A DNA stretch of 63,075 nucleotides, filler included, from Basidiobolus ranarum (taxonomy: Eukaryota), in assembly GCA_040143965.1 (NCBI GenBank). It is 12 parts of 12 records of this genome, joined end to end, with 100 filler letters (N's around TTAATTAATTAA, not from the genome) between each part and the next. Parts side by side here need not be neighbours in the genome. Positions count along the whole stretch, not along the records: positions 47,421 to 52,578 come from JASJQH010008567.1; positions 52,679 to 57,827 come from JASJQH010008569.1; positions 57,928 to 63,075 come from JASJQH010008570.1; 9 more parts are not named here. One strand, 5' to 3'. The position numbers were made by a program, and so were the translations under genes. Positions 49,235 to 62,766 of the stretch are shown here, piece by piece; position 1 is the first letter of the stretch; each line of letters begins with the position of its first letter. Under the pieces are notes generated by a model. It saw only the letters and a program-made list of their open reading frames with translations. It did no database searches and was not told the origin of the DNA.

Positions 49235-50611
49235 TTACCATGTGGGTCTGGCGTCATGCTTGGCCATATCGATCACTCTCCAACCGCCAGTGATGGGGTT
49301 CTGGAGATCTTCAATTTGTTTAGTCAAAACACAAGCGTAAGTCACTTGTTCAATGTTATCCTAGGAAGTATAACTGTTAGAATGTCTGTGGCAATCATAG
49401 TCAATGTACATTTTACTTACTTCATGACCGAAAGCGATTTCGCGAGTTATACCATTACGGAATACGATAACTTCTTGAGTGTTGAAAGAAAGGACAAACA
49501 CTGGGAGGTCGTTATCCAGAAGTTTGGCGGTCACAAACTCAACATTACGAAGATCAAGAAGCTTGCAATCGCTCACAAGTCCTTGTTGTATTTGAGCTTG
49601 TATACCTGCGGTGAGAACATTGTAGGTAGCCTCTGAACACCATTCCTTCAAGGCGTCATTATCTCCCTTGAGATATGCATCCATAACTTCAGGGATGATG
49701 TATTCTCTAGCTTCCTTGACAAACTTCTCCACATTGAAAGATCTATCGATGGTGTTTTGGAATGTTTTAATGGATTGGGCTGTTTCTGATTCCTCGAAAA
49801 GTGAACCAAAAGCATCAGTAATTCGGTCGGTCACTAAGCGGGTATAAGAGACAAAGATATTGTCACTATCTTCATAAGATCTCTTCATACGAAAGACTCC
49901 TTGAAACACGGGGTTCCCTTCCTTAAACTTGTTCCAACTTTCCTTCCAAGCCGAATCTTTGTGCATGACCATATGGGCACCAGCAGTGGGGTCTTCATCA
50001 ACGTGTCTAGACTTGTGAGCGTGTACGGAATCATTAGGTTGTTTGCTACGAACTTGTCTTCTAACATCTTTAGGCTTGATACCACCATAACGAGAGCTAC
50101 CCTCTTCGACAAAGCTAGATACGGATTCTTTTAAGTTTTGGTAGGCAGCAGTATTACGAATGGGCTCGGTAGCAGATTTAAAGGCAGTAGAAGTTTTCTC
50201 CACGGTTTCCTTGGTAGCTTTCGCGAATTCCGAGTCAGTAGCATCCTTAACAGATGCGTGAACAGTTTTTGTAACTTTCTCGGCAGTATTCTTTAATTCT
50301 TCAATGGTTTTCTTTAAATTCTCCGTAGGGGCGGTGGTATCTGATTGCTTGGCTTTCTCAAAAAGTTCCTTAGCTCTCTTAAGCGCGTCAGAGTCGGAAA
50401 GTTTGGTCGTCTCCTCTTGAAGTTTCTTGACACCTTCCTTGAGTTCTTTGTTACGAGCAATTTGAGCCTTAATAGTATCCATAAATTTGGAAAACACTCC
50501 TTCCCTGACCGGAGTAGATGAAGTGAAGGTTCTACTTGGGACAATGCTGCGATTGATCGCGGCATATCTTAGCCCATTTTTGACGGAGTGTACTGCGCGA
50601 GCTGAATACAT
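49235..50611 (-). CDS. TIM44: Mitochondrial import inner membrane translocase subunit Tim44, 2 exons
   Basis: Arg/Ser-rich presequence; SYEDSDNIFVSYTR; YIIPEVMDAYLKGD..LKEWCSEATYNVL; last exon DNIEQVTYACVLT..ITGGWRVIDMAK. Confidence 0.95.
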
Positions 50612-52469
50612 AGTAGAGAAAGTCCAAGTATCGACAGATAGTGAAGTTTGTAAAAGAAAGAGGAGTAAACGAATACACTCAGCAAGGACTCGTTGTTAAG
50701 ATTACAAGACAAATTGGCTAGAAATATAAGCGAAGTGAATAATTCGGTCCTTGCTGCGCACAGTAAAAATTTTAATCCCGTAATATTCGAGTAGATTCTT
50801 GGTAGGATAGACACACATACAAACGTACATATTCCATCGGAAAAGTTCTCGATTAGTTTCGTAAATAATGGAGATTTGAATCATATCCCTAAATATAGAA
50901 GAATTGGGGATTATTCCATCACATTCTACAGATGAACTCTCGCTCTTAAGCTTATCTCGTTGATTCGCATTGCGGGATAATCAACGTTCCACACAGATGG
51001 AGGAGCCAGCGGCTAGCGATGGAAATCGGCTGGTCATTCGCACCCTACTCCACAGCTGCGAGAAGAGCTACTGCAGCCCTAGTCCATCTCTAATCTCGAA
51101 AGCTTCCGCTTGTATCAGAACAGGGACAGGATTTACCGTAGCTCATCTTCAATAGTCCCGTTCGCTCGATCAGCTACGCTGGCCAGAAGAAACACACCCA
51201 TATGACTATTACTTCAATATGCTAACTTGAACGCTAACATTACTTTCCGCAGTTGATGTAAAAGCCAGACGGTTTTTCTTGTGCTACTTAGGACTCGTTT
51301 ATTTCCCGAGTCCACCAATGAATGGGGGAAGGGGGTCCACCCATTTCTGAAATCGGTGTGTAATACCTCTCGAGGTGTCTATATCCGGGTCGATTAACCA
51401 ATCCTATCGTTCTGAACTACTAGTAGTTGGCCCAACTTTCGTAATATCTACTAGCAGAAAAATGATCCAGAAGTTGATGTTGAGAGTTGAACCACTTGAG
51501 AACAGATGGTGACACCCAAGTAACCTAAAGTTCCTACCCTACCGGCTGCTCTGAAGTAGAATGAAGTTTAGTGAGGTGCTGGAATGATGAAAAGTGTAGA
51601 AAGTGTGGGTTACCTCAGCAATGATGGGAAACACTTCATTCCTTTGAAATTGGCAAGCAAATCGCAGTAATATTAAGGTGCAAGGTCGTTCTAGTAGCGA
51701 CAATCAGGGGCGCTATCGAAAGTATGCAATAACATACGAAACAGGCCTAAGTGGTTAATGCAGCCTTATTGTATGTTGATGAGAGATGAAGATGTTGGAT
51801 GTAGTGACCAGTAAACGTTATTTTGGCCCAAACGATGATCCATCTAGCACGAAAATCAGATACTATCTATCTAAATACTCTAAGAGCGCTTTCCCCGTCC
51901 TTAGGTAATGTAGGGTACAGAAGCAATACATGCATATTAGTTTAAAATCTACTCTGCCAGAAAATGTTTGCATGGGTTTACATTGCTTCAATTTGTAGCG
52001 TGAGAAGTAGGCTGTTATGCCAATTGCTAGAGATTGGAGAAAATCTTCTTTATTGCCAACGTTTCAAGTTGGTGGAGTGATGGTTAGGAAATAGAGTTGC
52101 AACGGAGTTGAGACTTATTGATTCAATAATCAGAAATTAACTATTTCCTTGTAATCATTGATTTGGTACTGTAAAGTTCAAGACTCTTTATCTCCTTTCT
52201 CTTCAACACAATACTACTGTTCAACAATCTAATATCCTCTTCTCTACTACCTCTTGGCTCTCTAGCCACTGCATGTATATTGTACTTTATGACAGTCAAG
52301 TTGGATATTATGCGTGAACTATTTAGATGTAACAAGATACTCTTAGATTGCTTGGAAATCACTATTAACTAATTCCAGGCTATAATTTGAAATGTTGCCA
52401 AATGGACTCTATGTAGGCTCATGGATGATTGCTAGAGAGGAAATATCAAATATATTTGAAAGATACTGG

Positions 52470-52578
52470 TGTTAAAGTATTTGGGAGCCTGTTGGAAGTG
52501 GTTTGGAGAATTAGAGGAATTGGTGGTTTTCACTTGTTGATTTATTGAGTAGAAAGTTGACATTTATAGTTTTGTCAA
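52470..52578 (-). mobile_element. Family B LTR 3' part, cut by contig edge
   Basis: Near-identical reverse complement of 47860-47968. Confidence 0.9.
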
Positions 52579-52678
52579 NNNNNNNNNNNNNNNNNNNNNN
52601 NNNNNNNNNNNNNNNNNNNNNNTTAATTAATTAANNNNNNNNNNNNNNNNNNNNNNNNNNNNNNNNNNNNNNNNNNNN

Positions 52679-52766
52679 CTATTGAGTTCAACACACAAAA
52701 TACTTAGTTTAAGCAAAATAAATGCTATTGAGTTCAACACACAAAATACTTAGTTTAAGCAAAATA
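52679..52766. repeat. 46-bp tandem duplication at contig start
   Basis: ctattgagttcaacacacaaaatacttagtttaagcaaaata occurs twice in tandem. Confidence 0.9.
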
Positions 52767-53870
52767 GGTTGCATAAATATCTATACGATGATTGATGTTA
52801 TCCATGTTTCACCGACTCCATTGCTGATGCGCTTGTTCTTGTGGCAGCATGGTTTCTATCATGCAAGATATAACCAATTTTAGGTTTATTGGACGGGCCA
52901 TTAGTTTTCATTCATCTTTTCTCCATTCCCGATATTTTTGAACAAAACGTCTGCAAGTGCCTTTGAGCCTAGCTACAGGCTTTTTATTGTGTTCATAGTA
53001 TAGTGCTTACACTTTGTTGAATTGGAACTATCAGCATGAATATATACTGATCATTTTTACTTCAGTGATTAATAAACAGCTTCACTAGTTGATTGACTTT
53101 TTCTCAAAATCAGTTCAACTTTCTTGACTCTCTTTGATAGTGCGTTGTGTGATATAAATATAGGAAATCGATGGAAAAGAAGGCAATTGCAACTAAAGGC
53201 AGTCAATTATTCCCGAGATTGGTAGAGGTGATAGCAGTTAGAAGGCTTGAGCATTTACAACCATTGACGCTTTAGATGCTTTTTTATGATCACACGAACC
53301 TCCTAATTTCATCCAATATCTGATTGGTTATCCTATCCCCTAGTATCCCAATACATGGATTTGCCACTTTATATTTCCTTGCAATCTCTGTAAAAGCGTG
53401 TATTCCTTGATCGGATGGCGGTCTGATCAGCACCAGATAACACTAACAATTCTTACCAAGTCATCTTCTCATCACCTGCCTTCCAGCCTATTGTATTTTT
53501 TCGCACTCTATGTCCACATCACCATTGTGGCTGAAGAATCTGAATTAAGCACTAATAGCGTAGGAATGAACAGCACAAAACTCCTAGAAACATGGTACAC
53601 AACTGTACATGATGTATCATATGCTAATTGAGCAAGTACCACCAATTCTGAATGATGAATCACTTGCATCAGGTGTAAGTGGCGATGCATTGTAAACACT
53701 ATTCTATCAGATAAAGGAACTTTAATTAGTAGATATTTACTTCACTCTCAATTAATATGGATCTCTATCACGCTCTCCATCTGAATATGTTTTCAGAGTG
53801 TTTGGAGCCAAAGGTTATTTGTATAGGGAGATAAATGTATTACTAGTTTATTATTAACAATTATTTTTCT

Positions 53871-56123
53871 TTACCAATCCAATTTCTTTGGCTTTTGAGT
53901 AGGGGATACAGCGGGTTTGATGGCTTTGCCAGCATACTCTTTACCGTCCAACCATGGCCATTCACTCGATCTCTTCACTTCAAATGTCTTGATCTTGTCA
54001 CTCTTCTGCATTGTGAGACCAATATCATCTAGGCCGTTGACGAGACAGTGCTTACGGAACTGCTCCACCTCAAATGGTATCTCACCATTAGGGTGTCGGA
54101 CAACTTGGTTCACGAGGTCCACTTCTATTTCAATACCTTGCTTTGCTACATCGGCAAGTGTATCAACATCAGCTTGAGGCATTACGATAGGCAGCATACC
54201 ATTTTTGAAGGTATTGTTGAAAAAGATGTCAGCAAAACTGGGTGCGATGATACAACGGATACCAAAGTCATTGAAAGCCCATGGAGCATGTTCTCTTGAG
54301 CTACCACATCCAAAATTAGGACCAGTACACACCAAGATACGAGATTGTCGATAGGGTTCTTGGTTCAATACAAAGCTTGGGTTCTCCTCTCCAGTCTCAG
54401 AGTCGTATCTCAGAGCATAGAAGAGAGCACTACCAAGACCGGTACGCTTGATTGTCTTCAGGAATTGTTTGGGGATAATCATGTCGGTATCTACATTTGA
54501 AATGTCCAGAGGAGCAGCATAGCCCTTTAGAGTAGTAAACGTTGGCATACCATTTGCCACTGGAGCCTTGCTACCAATAGATGGGCTTGTGGCTGGTGCA
54601 TCGGTAACTGGATCAGCTGCCTCAGCAGCTTTTTCATGATCTTCAAACTCAGGCTCAACTACCTGTTGGCGAATGGATGTTTTTGTTGGTTGTGATGGAT
54701 CAGATTGTATAAGTTTGCGTACATCAGTGAGGTAACCCCTTACACCAGCGGCGGCTGCCATGGCTGGACTCATCAAGTGAGTACGACCACCAGCACCTTG
54801 TCGGCCTTCGAAGTTACGATTACTAGTACTTGCACAACGTTCACCAGGTTTCAATTGATCGGGATTCATACCTAGGCACATGGAACAACCAGCCTCTCTC
54901 CAGTCAAATCCGGCTTCCTTAAAAATGGCATCTAGTCCTTCCTTTTCAGCTTGGCGCTTGACAAGACCAGAGCCGGGAACTACCATGGCATATATCCATT
55001 CAGCGACATGACGACCCTTAACTACCTGGGCGGCACTACGAAGATCTTCGATACGGGAGTTGGTGCAACTACCAATAAACACCTTGTCAACCTTAACTTC
55101 TTCCATTGGCGTATTTGGCTCCAAACCGATATAATCCAGAGCCCTTTCCATAGCTGCACGTTTACCTGGATCAGCAACGGCGGCGGGGTCAGGAACAGTT
55201 CCAGTGATAGGGACTACATCCTGTGGACTTGTACCCCAAGTAATAGTAGGCGCAATATCAGCAGCATCAATCTCCACATTTACGTCATAAACAGCGTCAG
55301 GATCAGAGCGAAGAGTACTCCAGTATTTAACTGCCTTATCCCATTCAGCACCACTTGGAGCCAGGGGCTTATCACGAAGGTAGGCAAAGGTGATTTCATC
55401 AGGAGCGATCATACCAGCACGTGCACCACCTTCTATTGACATATTACAAATTGACATTCTTGCTTCCATCGACAAGGTAGCGATAGCAGAACCACAAAAT
55501 TCGATCACACAACCAGTACCACCAGCAGTACCAATGACACCAATCGCGTGAAGTACAATATCCTTACTAGTAACGCCAGGAGTAAGTTTACCCTCTACCC
55601 GGATACGCATGTTTTTGGATTTTTTCTGGAGAAGGGTTTGAGTGGCGAGAACATGTTCGACTTCAGAAGTACCGATACCGAAGGCCAAAGCGCCGAAAGC
55701 ACCATGTGTAGAAGTATGAGAGTCACCGCAAACAACAGTAGTACCAGGGAGGGTAAATCCTTGTTCAGGACCAATGACATGAACAATTCCTTGACGACTA
55801 TCATCCATACCAAAGTAGGTGAGTCCGAACTCTTTGACATTACTTTCGAGTGTTTCACATTGTGTTCTTGAGTCTGCTTCATGGATGAATGTGGAAATAT
55901 TTTTGAAGTTTTTACGAGTGGTTGTAGGGATATTGTGGTCTACAGTAGCGAGAGTGCAATCTAGACGACGTACGCCGCGATTAGCATTTCTTAGTCCTTC
56001 GAAAGCCTGGGGACTAGTTACTTCATGAACAAGATGTCTATCGATATAGATTAGACAGGTTCCATCGTCTTGACGATCTACCACATGGTCGTCCCAAATT
56101 TTATCATAGAGAGTGCGAGACAT
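53871..56123 (-). CDS. LEU1: 3-isopropylmalate dehydratase (fused large and small subunits, fungal type), intronless
   Basis: [79 protein letters not shown] and [14 protein letters not shown]. Confidence 0.98.
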   Translation of the reverse strand: MSRTLYDKIWDDHVVDRQDDGTCLIYIDRHLVHEVTSPQAFEGLRNANRGVRRLDCTLATVDHNIPTTTRKNFKNISTFIHEADSRTQCETLESNVKEFGLTYFGMDDSRQGIVHVIGPEQGFTLPGTTVVCGDSHTSTHGAFGALAFGIGTSEVEHVLATQTLLQKKSKNMRIRVEGKLTPGVTSKDIVLHAIGVIGTAGGTGCVIEFCGSAIATLSMEARMSICNMSIEGGARAGMIAPDEITFAYLRDKPLAPSGAEWDKAVKYWSTLRSDPDAVYDVNVEIDAADIAPTITWGTSPQDVVPITGTVPDPAAVADPGKRAAMERALDYIGLEPNTPMEEVKVDKVFIGSCTNSRIEDLRSAAQVVKGRHVAEWIYAMVVPGSGLVKRQAEKEGLDAIFKEAGFDWREAGCSMCLGMNPDQLKPGERCASTSNRNFEGRQGAGGRTHLMSPAMAAAAGVRGYLTDVRKLIQSDPSQPTKTSIRQQVVEPEFEDHEKAAEAADPVTDAPATSPSIGSKAPVANGMPTFTTLKGYAAPLDISNVDTDMIIPKQFLKTIKRTGLGSALFYALRYDSETGEENPSFVLNQEPYRQSRILVCTGPNFGCGSSREHAPWAFNDFGIRCIIAPSFADIFFNNTFKNGMLPIVMPQADVDTLADVAKQGIEIEVDLVNQVVRHPNGEIPFEVEQFRKHCLVNGLDDIGLTMQKSDKIKTFEVKRSSEWPWLDGKEYAGKAIKPAVSPTQKPKKLDW

Positions 56124-56255
56124 AGTAAACACAATCCAATATATTTACAATATAATATACGAACTAGTAGTGAAGGTCAATAAAGGTATGGGGATAAAGC
56201 AAGGGAATTGTCCGTATTATATATGCTTCACATCACCCCATGAAATTTCATAACT

Positions 56256-56306
56256 ATGATTCATCCCTCGTCTAAGTGGTACAAGATGCAAATATCTATT
56301 GACTCA
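56256..56306. promoter_or_regulatory. Candidate Gcn4/CpcA (AP-1-type) sites upstream of LEU1
   Basis: TGACTCA at 56300-56306 and ATGATTCAT at 56256-56264, just upstream of a TATA-like tract near 56216-56224. Confidence 0.5.
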
Positions 56307-57487
56307 CATTGATGCATTTTAGCGGCTGACCATTTTCCATCCGCATTTCCATGTATAGTATTTCTTCCATTTTTTAAATGGATGTTCACTTTATGAAGAA
56401 GAACCTATTCTGTACCAGGAATGTAGTACACGAATGTGACAATAGTTTCAACCTATTTACTTTTTGAAATCTACGCAGTTTATTAGTATAACGTAGCGTA
56501 CTGTTTTTTTTGTTTGTTTTCGATATTTCTGAATTTTATTTCATCTTTATTTTACAGATAACTTCATTGTGAAGGTTTAATTCAAGAAATATGGAGTATT
56601 AAAATGAGCTGAAATATCGGTTTGGTTCTTATGGTGAACTACCATTGCGACAAAGTAAGATGGACAGTATGCTGAACAAAGGATTAAGAGAGGCAAATGT
56701 AGTCGAGTATACTAATTTAACCGACACTATGAAGTCAACCACTAGGTTCTCAACTTCCCACTCAAATAGTTGAACAACTTGAAATCAACTTTTACATATG
56801 CTTAGATTACCACTTGGTATTTAAGGTACAGGTTGATGTGAAACTTACATGATGAAAGAGTTTACGTTATTCTACCTTGGTTAACTCTGTTGTTGCGGCT
56901 TCACAGATAATAATTGAGGCATCACTATTTAGTCAGTACAACCAAAGCCAGCATATTGACTAACGATCTATTTCTATGAGTATGATCAGCAGTGGGGTTG
57001 TGTGCACTCACATGCAAGAATCCTGTTGATCTTACCTTAGAAATTAAAACCATTGGTTTCGTGGGAGTAATCAGTATACCATTGGATGAGTAGAGTCCGA
57101 GATGATAGTCAGATAAAGCAGGTAAAAATGGGAGGTTTAGTTCATAATACAAGAGGTTTACTATTTTAGAATAGATCAGAGTTGACGCATTGGGTGAGTT
57201 ATCAAAAACAGATAAGAAATGGTGAATTCAGGTACCAGTTGATCCTCATAACATTGACAGAGGTATTTATTAACTCTCTCTTGTCTGGAGCTAGAGTTTA
57301 TATCACCATCGGACCAGGTTAAATCACATATTGTTGAGATTGAATAATTTTACGTGTATTTGTGACTCAACTTCAAATACATCTACATGACTCATTATGA
57401 GGAACTGTTACCATTTGAACCATACTATGAAAGTGTTATGCATTGTGAAATTCATTCAGAAACGATTTCATCAATTCTCCAAAAATT

Positions 57488-57559
57488 TGCCTACTGCCGG
57501 GATTGAACTGGCGACCTTCAGTTTACGAGACTGACGCGCTACCACTGCGCTAAGCAGGC
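57488..57559 (-). tRNA. tRNA-Thr(CGT), intronless
   Basis: GCCTGCTTAGCGCAGTGGTAGCGCGTCAGTCTCGTAAACTGAAGGTCGCCAGTTCAATCCCGGCAGTAGGCA folds as a cloverleaf with anticodon CGT, A and B boxes and a downstream T5 terminator. Confidence 0.95.
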
Positions 57560-60500
57560 CTGATGAATTTTTGATCTCTTTAAATTTATCAACTACTTAT
57601 TTTGATGCAATTATTGAGATAGAACATGAAATTTTATGAGCAACGGATGGATAAATCAAAGCAATCGGATGGAAAGCAGTTAGCAAGTATCTTAGCTACC
57701 TACTATTACTTGTTCCATTATTGAACCGAATAAGAAACTTCATTGTTTCTTTATTACTATATTGACTAAGTAGTTATCATATATTCCTACTCGACATACA
57801 CTTGGAATTGATAGCATTGGCTACTACNNNNNNNNNNNNNNNNNNNNNNNNNNNNNNNNNNNNNNNNNNNNTTAATTAATTAANNNNNNNNNNNNNNNNN
57901 NNNNNNNNNNNNNNNNNNNNNNNNNNNCACACCTGTGAAGTTTCAACTGAGGTTGGGTTATTGCTGATTGAAAACTACTACCAATACCCCACTTTCACGA
58001 CTTCAACGAAGTCGGGAAAGTAATTTTTGTAGAGACCTTCTTAGTTGGGGTCTTATTCTTTTTCATAAAATCAAACATTGACATATCGCACTGTAAGTTA
58101 AGTGTACATAGCCCGCAAGTGCAATATAGTTATAACTGTATAAATCTATAAGCTCAAGCAGTACAAGTTTCTTAGAAAGAATGGTGTTGGCTGCATTTCT
58201 TAATCAATACATTACACACTGGCAGTTGTGAAGGTTTCTTTTAGTTGGTGTTCTTGGATTAGTCTCTAGTGGACTCTTTGACGGCTTTATTTTCACTCCG
58301 ATTAACTGTTTGTTTAACGGAGTTAACAGCTGGCTCGATGAATTTGTTGGCTGTTCAAGTTAATCTTGCTCGTTATCAATAGCAACAATCACCTCTGCTT
58401 TTCCAATGGTCAGTTAAGTAGTAACTCTCTATCTACCTGACCTTAAGTACTTTCTTTAGATTTGTCTATTATATTTCCTACTTGATGGTCCTTTCATATA
58501 TTACATTCAGGATTTGAAAGTTTCGAGACTCATATTTATGCATATTTTCCCATCTATCACCATCTCAGAATTAGATGGCATTGCTAGAACTAAATTGGGT
58601 AATTTGTAATGGTTTCACCAAGCTTACGTTATTATCCTGATCTAACTGGCACTTTCAGTTGTATCTTCCGAGATAACGAGTTATACTAAAGTATTCAATT
58701 CACCCATCGTACATAAATACACGTATTAACTAGATGAGATTTGGTTTATATTAGCTATGGATGTCATGCTCATTCTATCTCCTTTATCTCTACGAAAAGT
58801 GGCTTACATCATCTAATGCATAGCATAATTTCCTTATTACAGGATATTACCTTGTGTATTGATGACATAGGTTTATAGGGCAAAGGCATAGTATATGCCA
58901 AGTATGCTATAGAATCCTTTCCATATTGTTACTTTTAAACAATGCAACTTTGCCAGTATTGTACAAGATTGAAATTTCATCTAAAGAATGAAGATTTTCA
59001 TTGTTGCTATAAAAGGCCTAGATACATTGTAAATCCTAGTAGTATTATTGCTAGATAATAACCTTTATTCAATATCTTAGTTGACTTTAGTTATGATACA
59101 TATATCTGAAACAAGAAATCTTTATTTCTATAGTCCCTACATTCTAATTAGGAATATCTCTATATCTTTATACCTAGTATGTCTTATTACCCCGCTTATT
59201 TATTGCATCTTGGTACACAAACTCCTGAACCTCTCAAACAATTGGTTGACTTCTCTGCTACATAAGTCACTATATTCTGTCAAGAATAAAGCAAATAAAA
59301 CATTATAGCAAGTTGTCTCTAAGCAACAAAATCTATCTTCATTATGGTCAGATCCTCCAATAACAATGCCAATTCAACAGGATATTTACAGTTGATTACA
59401 GAGAATGTATTAGAAGCATTGTAGGCCACTAAATTATTGAAACTGAAAATCAAAAGCTGTCCAATTTAATCACAATAAGGCCAATATCAATTGGATATAA
59501 CCTATGAGCAGGACTCTATCCTTGAATTCATATGACAAGTTAGAAATATCCTCTACTGCTTATACCTTAAACAATTACAAGTAGATTTGGAAGAGGTAAG
59601 GAGAGTAGTAATACATGTAGTATAAGTATAACTATTTGTTCAAATACAAACTGGCTTACCTGGATATACATTCAGCACTTGGATGGATAGCAAAAAACCA
59701 TTAGGATGCGAAATTATTGTTATCCCAAAAGTAATGTCAGCTGGTAACAAAATGATTTGAATGGTGTTATAACTTGCTAGTAGCTGCTACTGCTTGAAGA
59801 GAACAACCACTTTGCAATCAATACGAATATTGTAATGAATATTTTTATTATCCAGCTCGGCAGAATATACCAATACAGAAGTCTCTTTTGATAGTAGTAA
59901 AGCTGACAGAAAATAAAATAACTGACATGGGTAAATGTGATTACAATCATTAGAATACAAGGTGATTGCAAGAGCGGACTCGGAATGAGCTACCACAGCG
60001 CTAAGTAAATATTCTGGGTTAAGCGTTCATACTGGATTGCTCAGCCCACCGGTTGTAAAGGCTGTTCTTGTTTACTCTCGAATATTTTCTCATTTGTTCC
60101 CCTTCGTGCTTGAAGTGGATAAGTTCCAAGTTTGAATGCTTTTTAGGTAGCTTAATCTGACATTTTCGTGAGCAATCAGGTTGAGTGTAAGAAGGCCTAA
60201 AGTATTCTTCGATCAGCAGGATAACTGGAGAAACTTCACACTCCAAGTCATGTGTTGTCGCTTCGATCCATTGAAGGATTATTAGTTCAACAATTCTGTA
60301 GGTTCTTGTGCTCAATAACTCTATCACTAGTGAGCTGAATAGTAGGACCACCACATATAAACTCAGTTATTATATGTACTACAATCAATTAAATTTTCTA
60401 TCCCAAAAAGGGATTTTAATAGAGCGTTTTGCGTCGTGCTGATTAATATTTTATGGAGCAATACTCAAAGGATTTCTTATTGAATGCAAACCGTCTATTT

Positions 60501-61086
60501 CATCGAGAATTATGAATAGGTAGTATTTACGATTAACCTAATTGGTAGAAGATAATTTCTCAGCTCTCAATTGGACAGAACGAGGGAAGACTGTATTATG
60601 TACCATCAATGCAGTATGGTTGACACAGACTGGATCACTTTGAAAACCATCGAGCAACCTTTTGTTTGATGCTTTTCTCTGAAGCTTACTAGACCTTCAT
60701 TGGGCACCTTTCTATGCCACTGTTGCCGAAGCAGTAGTAAACCAATCAATGGAATGCATATGTATTGTGAGCGAGTTGATGGACCGATGAATTTTCCAAA
60801 GAAGTCAATCCCACGCTTTACACCAGTATGACAAGCTTGATCAGATAGAGGCATAACATTTTAATTAATTAATTAATTTCGTTTATAATATAGTTTACAT
60901 TCAATACAGGCAATACGGATAGGTTGGAATTTTTCGAGTTCTCCGGTCAAGGCTAAAATTACCGCTTTAGTTCAACTCCGATACACTCATGATAGTACGA
61001 TTAGGTGTCTTCAAATGCTTCATAGATGACGGGGTAAAAGAACAAAGATGATTTGAGAGGGTGGAAGAAGCCCATCTGATGATGGA

Positions 61087-62766
61087 TTAAAAGTGATAAC
61101 CCTCGTTCTGAACGAATACATTATGATTATGATTCTTCTCAAATACACGCACCTGACTATGAATAGAGTCTACAAATTGAGCTGAGCCACAAGTAAAGAT
61201 TCCCACATTAGCTCCTTCTTTATCTTCCATATGTCTTTCTAGTAGTTCATTTGCTTTGATTCGTCCTTGAGTTACTACTGCCGCCTTTTCATCCACCATA
61301 TTACCTGTATAGAATACCTCACAATACAATCGGGAACATTCATCGCTAACCATCAGATCCTGAAGGATGGACACCTCGTTAGCTCTCTGTTGTCTTACGG
61401 ACCAGAATATCCTAACTTTGGTAGTAGACGATTCAACGAGTGCTTGATAAGCGAGACTGATAGCCGGTGGAAGTCCAGTTCCCGAAACAAAGCATATCAA
61501 GTAATCCATTTGTTCCAATTTAAAAGATAATCCACCGAATGGACCATCCACTGAGATCTTCACTTCCGTTTCCGTATTTAACAATAATTGTGCAAACTTG
61601 TTCTCCCATTCATTAACATTTGAATCCTTAGGTAAAAAGAATACCGTACCAATTTCTGCACCGGAGCCCTGGGCTAAGCTATATGGATGCCATTCCAGCT
61701 TGGAGATTTGTGGAGCATTGACAAATACCCATTGGTGTCCTTGAATATTTTTGGTGAGATGTTCAGGCCATAAGAAATCCACTCTTACATGACCAGTAGG
61801 TTCTTTAGTAGCCTTCACGACTGATGTATGTCTATTAAGAGCCACGATTCTTAGTAACAAATCCACCAAGTAAATTCCCAATCCAGGTATGATATAGTAG
61901 AAATCAGAAGCGGCATGAAGGCAAGCGAATACCATAGAAAAAAACACCAAAAAATGGGTAACATAGAATGTATTAAAGAATTTTCTTCTCACTATTGGTA
62001 AGGAAGATAAAATCACTGGTATAAGTAGTATAACGGCATAGGTTCCCATGGTTACCATCCAATTTCCTTCTCCCCAACCTGGTGCATGATCATGGGTGGC
62101 GGAATTCTTACTTCCATAGAATAGCACTGAGATTAAATCTGAGACCTTTCTATACTGTGCGGTGTATACTATGTATACGACGGTATGTATGACTGCCATA
62201 AGTGCATACAAATATCCCATCCAACGATGTGCTCTCAATGTATTCTCAAACGATATACCAAACAATGTTTGTAAAGCGGAATTTTTCGCGGTTATTAACA
62301 TAATCACTCCCATGGATACGTCGAGTACTTTCCCTGTTACTTGGGTAGCGTAGATAGCAATTTTACGAGGGACTGGTAGGTTTCTTTTGGTATACACTGG
62401 GGTATTCAACAGTCGGTCCGATTCAAATAGATAAAATATTAAATTGAACATCACCAATGCAGCACATGAGAGCATAAATACTATCTCTCCACGTGACATG
62501 GAGGCAATACCTGTCTTCTTATGAAAGAATCGATGGAGTGATGGTTTGGTGCGTAAACCAGCCAGTATAAAGATAGCTCCTAATACCCAGATATAGAAGA
62601 CACCTAGAGCGATCTGACTGGAATGCTTTGCAGTAGCATATGTATGCTCTATACAGAAATCAGCATAACATGGAAGTTCCATCATCCAAAATCCCATCAC
62701 GATACCCACAGTCAGGACAGTAACATCCCCAACAATGGCGATGTAAGCAGGGGACAGATTAACCAT
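61087..62766 (-). CDS. Ferric/cupric reductase-like transmembrane flavocytochrome (FRE/NOX superfamily), intronless
   Basis: Heme His pairs HRWMG..VIH and THFLV..CLH; FAD motif EWHPYS; DGPFG; NADPH motif SGTGLPP; CGS; terminal EGYHF. Confidence 0.9.
   Translation of the reverse strand: MVNLSPAYIAIVGDVTVLTVGIVMGFWMMELPCYADFCIEHTYATAKHSSQIALGVFYIWVLGAIFILAGLRTKPSLHRFFHKKTGIASMSRGEIVFMLSCAALVMFNLIFYLFESDRLLNTPVYTKRNLPVPRKIAIYATQVTGKVLDVSMGVIMLITAKNSALQTLFGISFENTLRAHRWMGYLYALMAVIHTVVYIVYTAQYRKVSDLISVLFYGSKNSATHDHAPGWGEGNWMVTMGTYAVILLIPVILSSLPIVRRKFFNTFYVTHFLVFFSMVFACLHAASDFYYIIPGLGIYLVDLLLRIVALNRHTSVVKATKEPTGHVRVDFLWPEHLTKNIQGHQWVFVNAPQISKLEWHPYSLAQGSGAEIGTVFFLPKDSNVNEWENKFAQLLLNTETEVKISVDGPFGGLSFKLEQMDYLICFVSGTGLPPAISLAYQALVESSTTKVRIFWSVRQQRANEVSILQDLMVSDECSRLYCEVFYTGNMVDEKAAVVTQGRIKANELLERHMEDKEGANVGIFTCGSAQFVDSIHSQVRVFEKNHNHNVFVQNEGYHF

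Noticed and set aside
53917..56028. Antisense ORFs over LEU1 (also over the ATPase and TIM44)
   Set aside because: Expected from codon bias on the opposite strand; no recognisable motifs.
5177..57927. Regular ~5.27-kb periodicity and the TTAATTAATTAA palindrome as biology; gene clusters spanning spacers
   Set aside because: This is an artificial linker between size-sorted contigs, and ORFs ending in X...LIN are read-through artefacts.
59640..60010. Possible decayed fatty-acid hydroxylase/sterol desaturase exon (LYYYQKRLLYWYILPSWIIKI)
   Set aside because: The diagnostic His boxes are absent, and the resemblance is too weak without a BLASTX hit.
60861..60876. TTAATTAATTAATTAA without flanking Ns
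   Set aside because: Most simply a natural (TTAA)n microsatellite in AT-rich DNA; the contig length fits the size series without a break here.
61087..62766. NADPH oxidase (NoxA/B) call
   Set aside because: It lacks the extra His of the NOX HTIAH motif and has an extended hydrophobic N-terminus, so a ferric-reductase-like call is safer.
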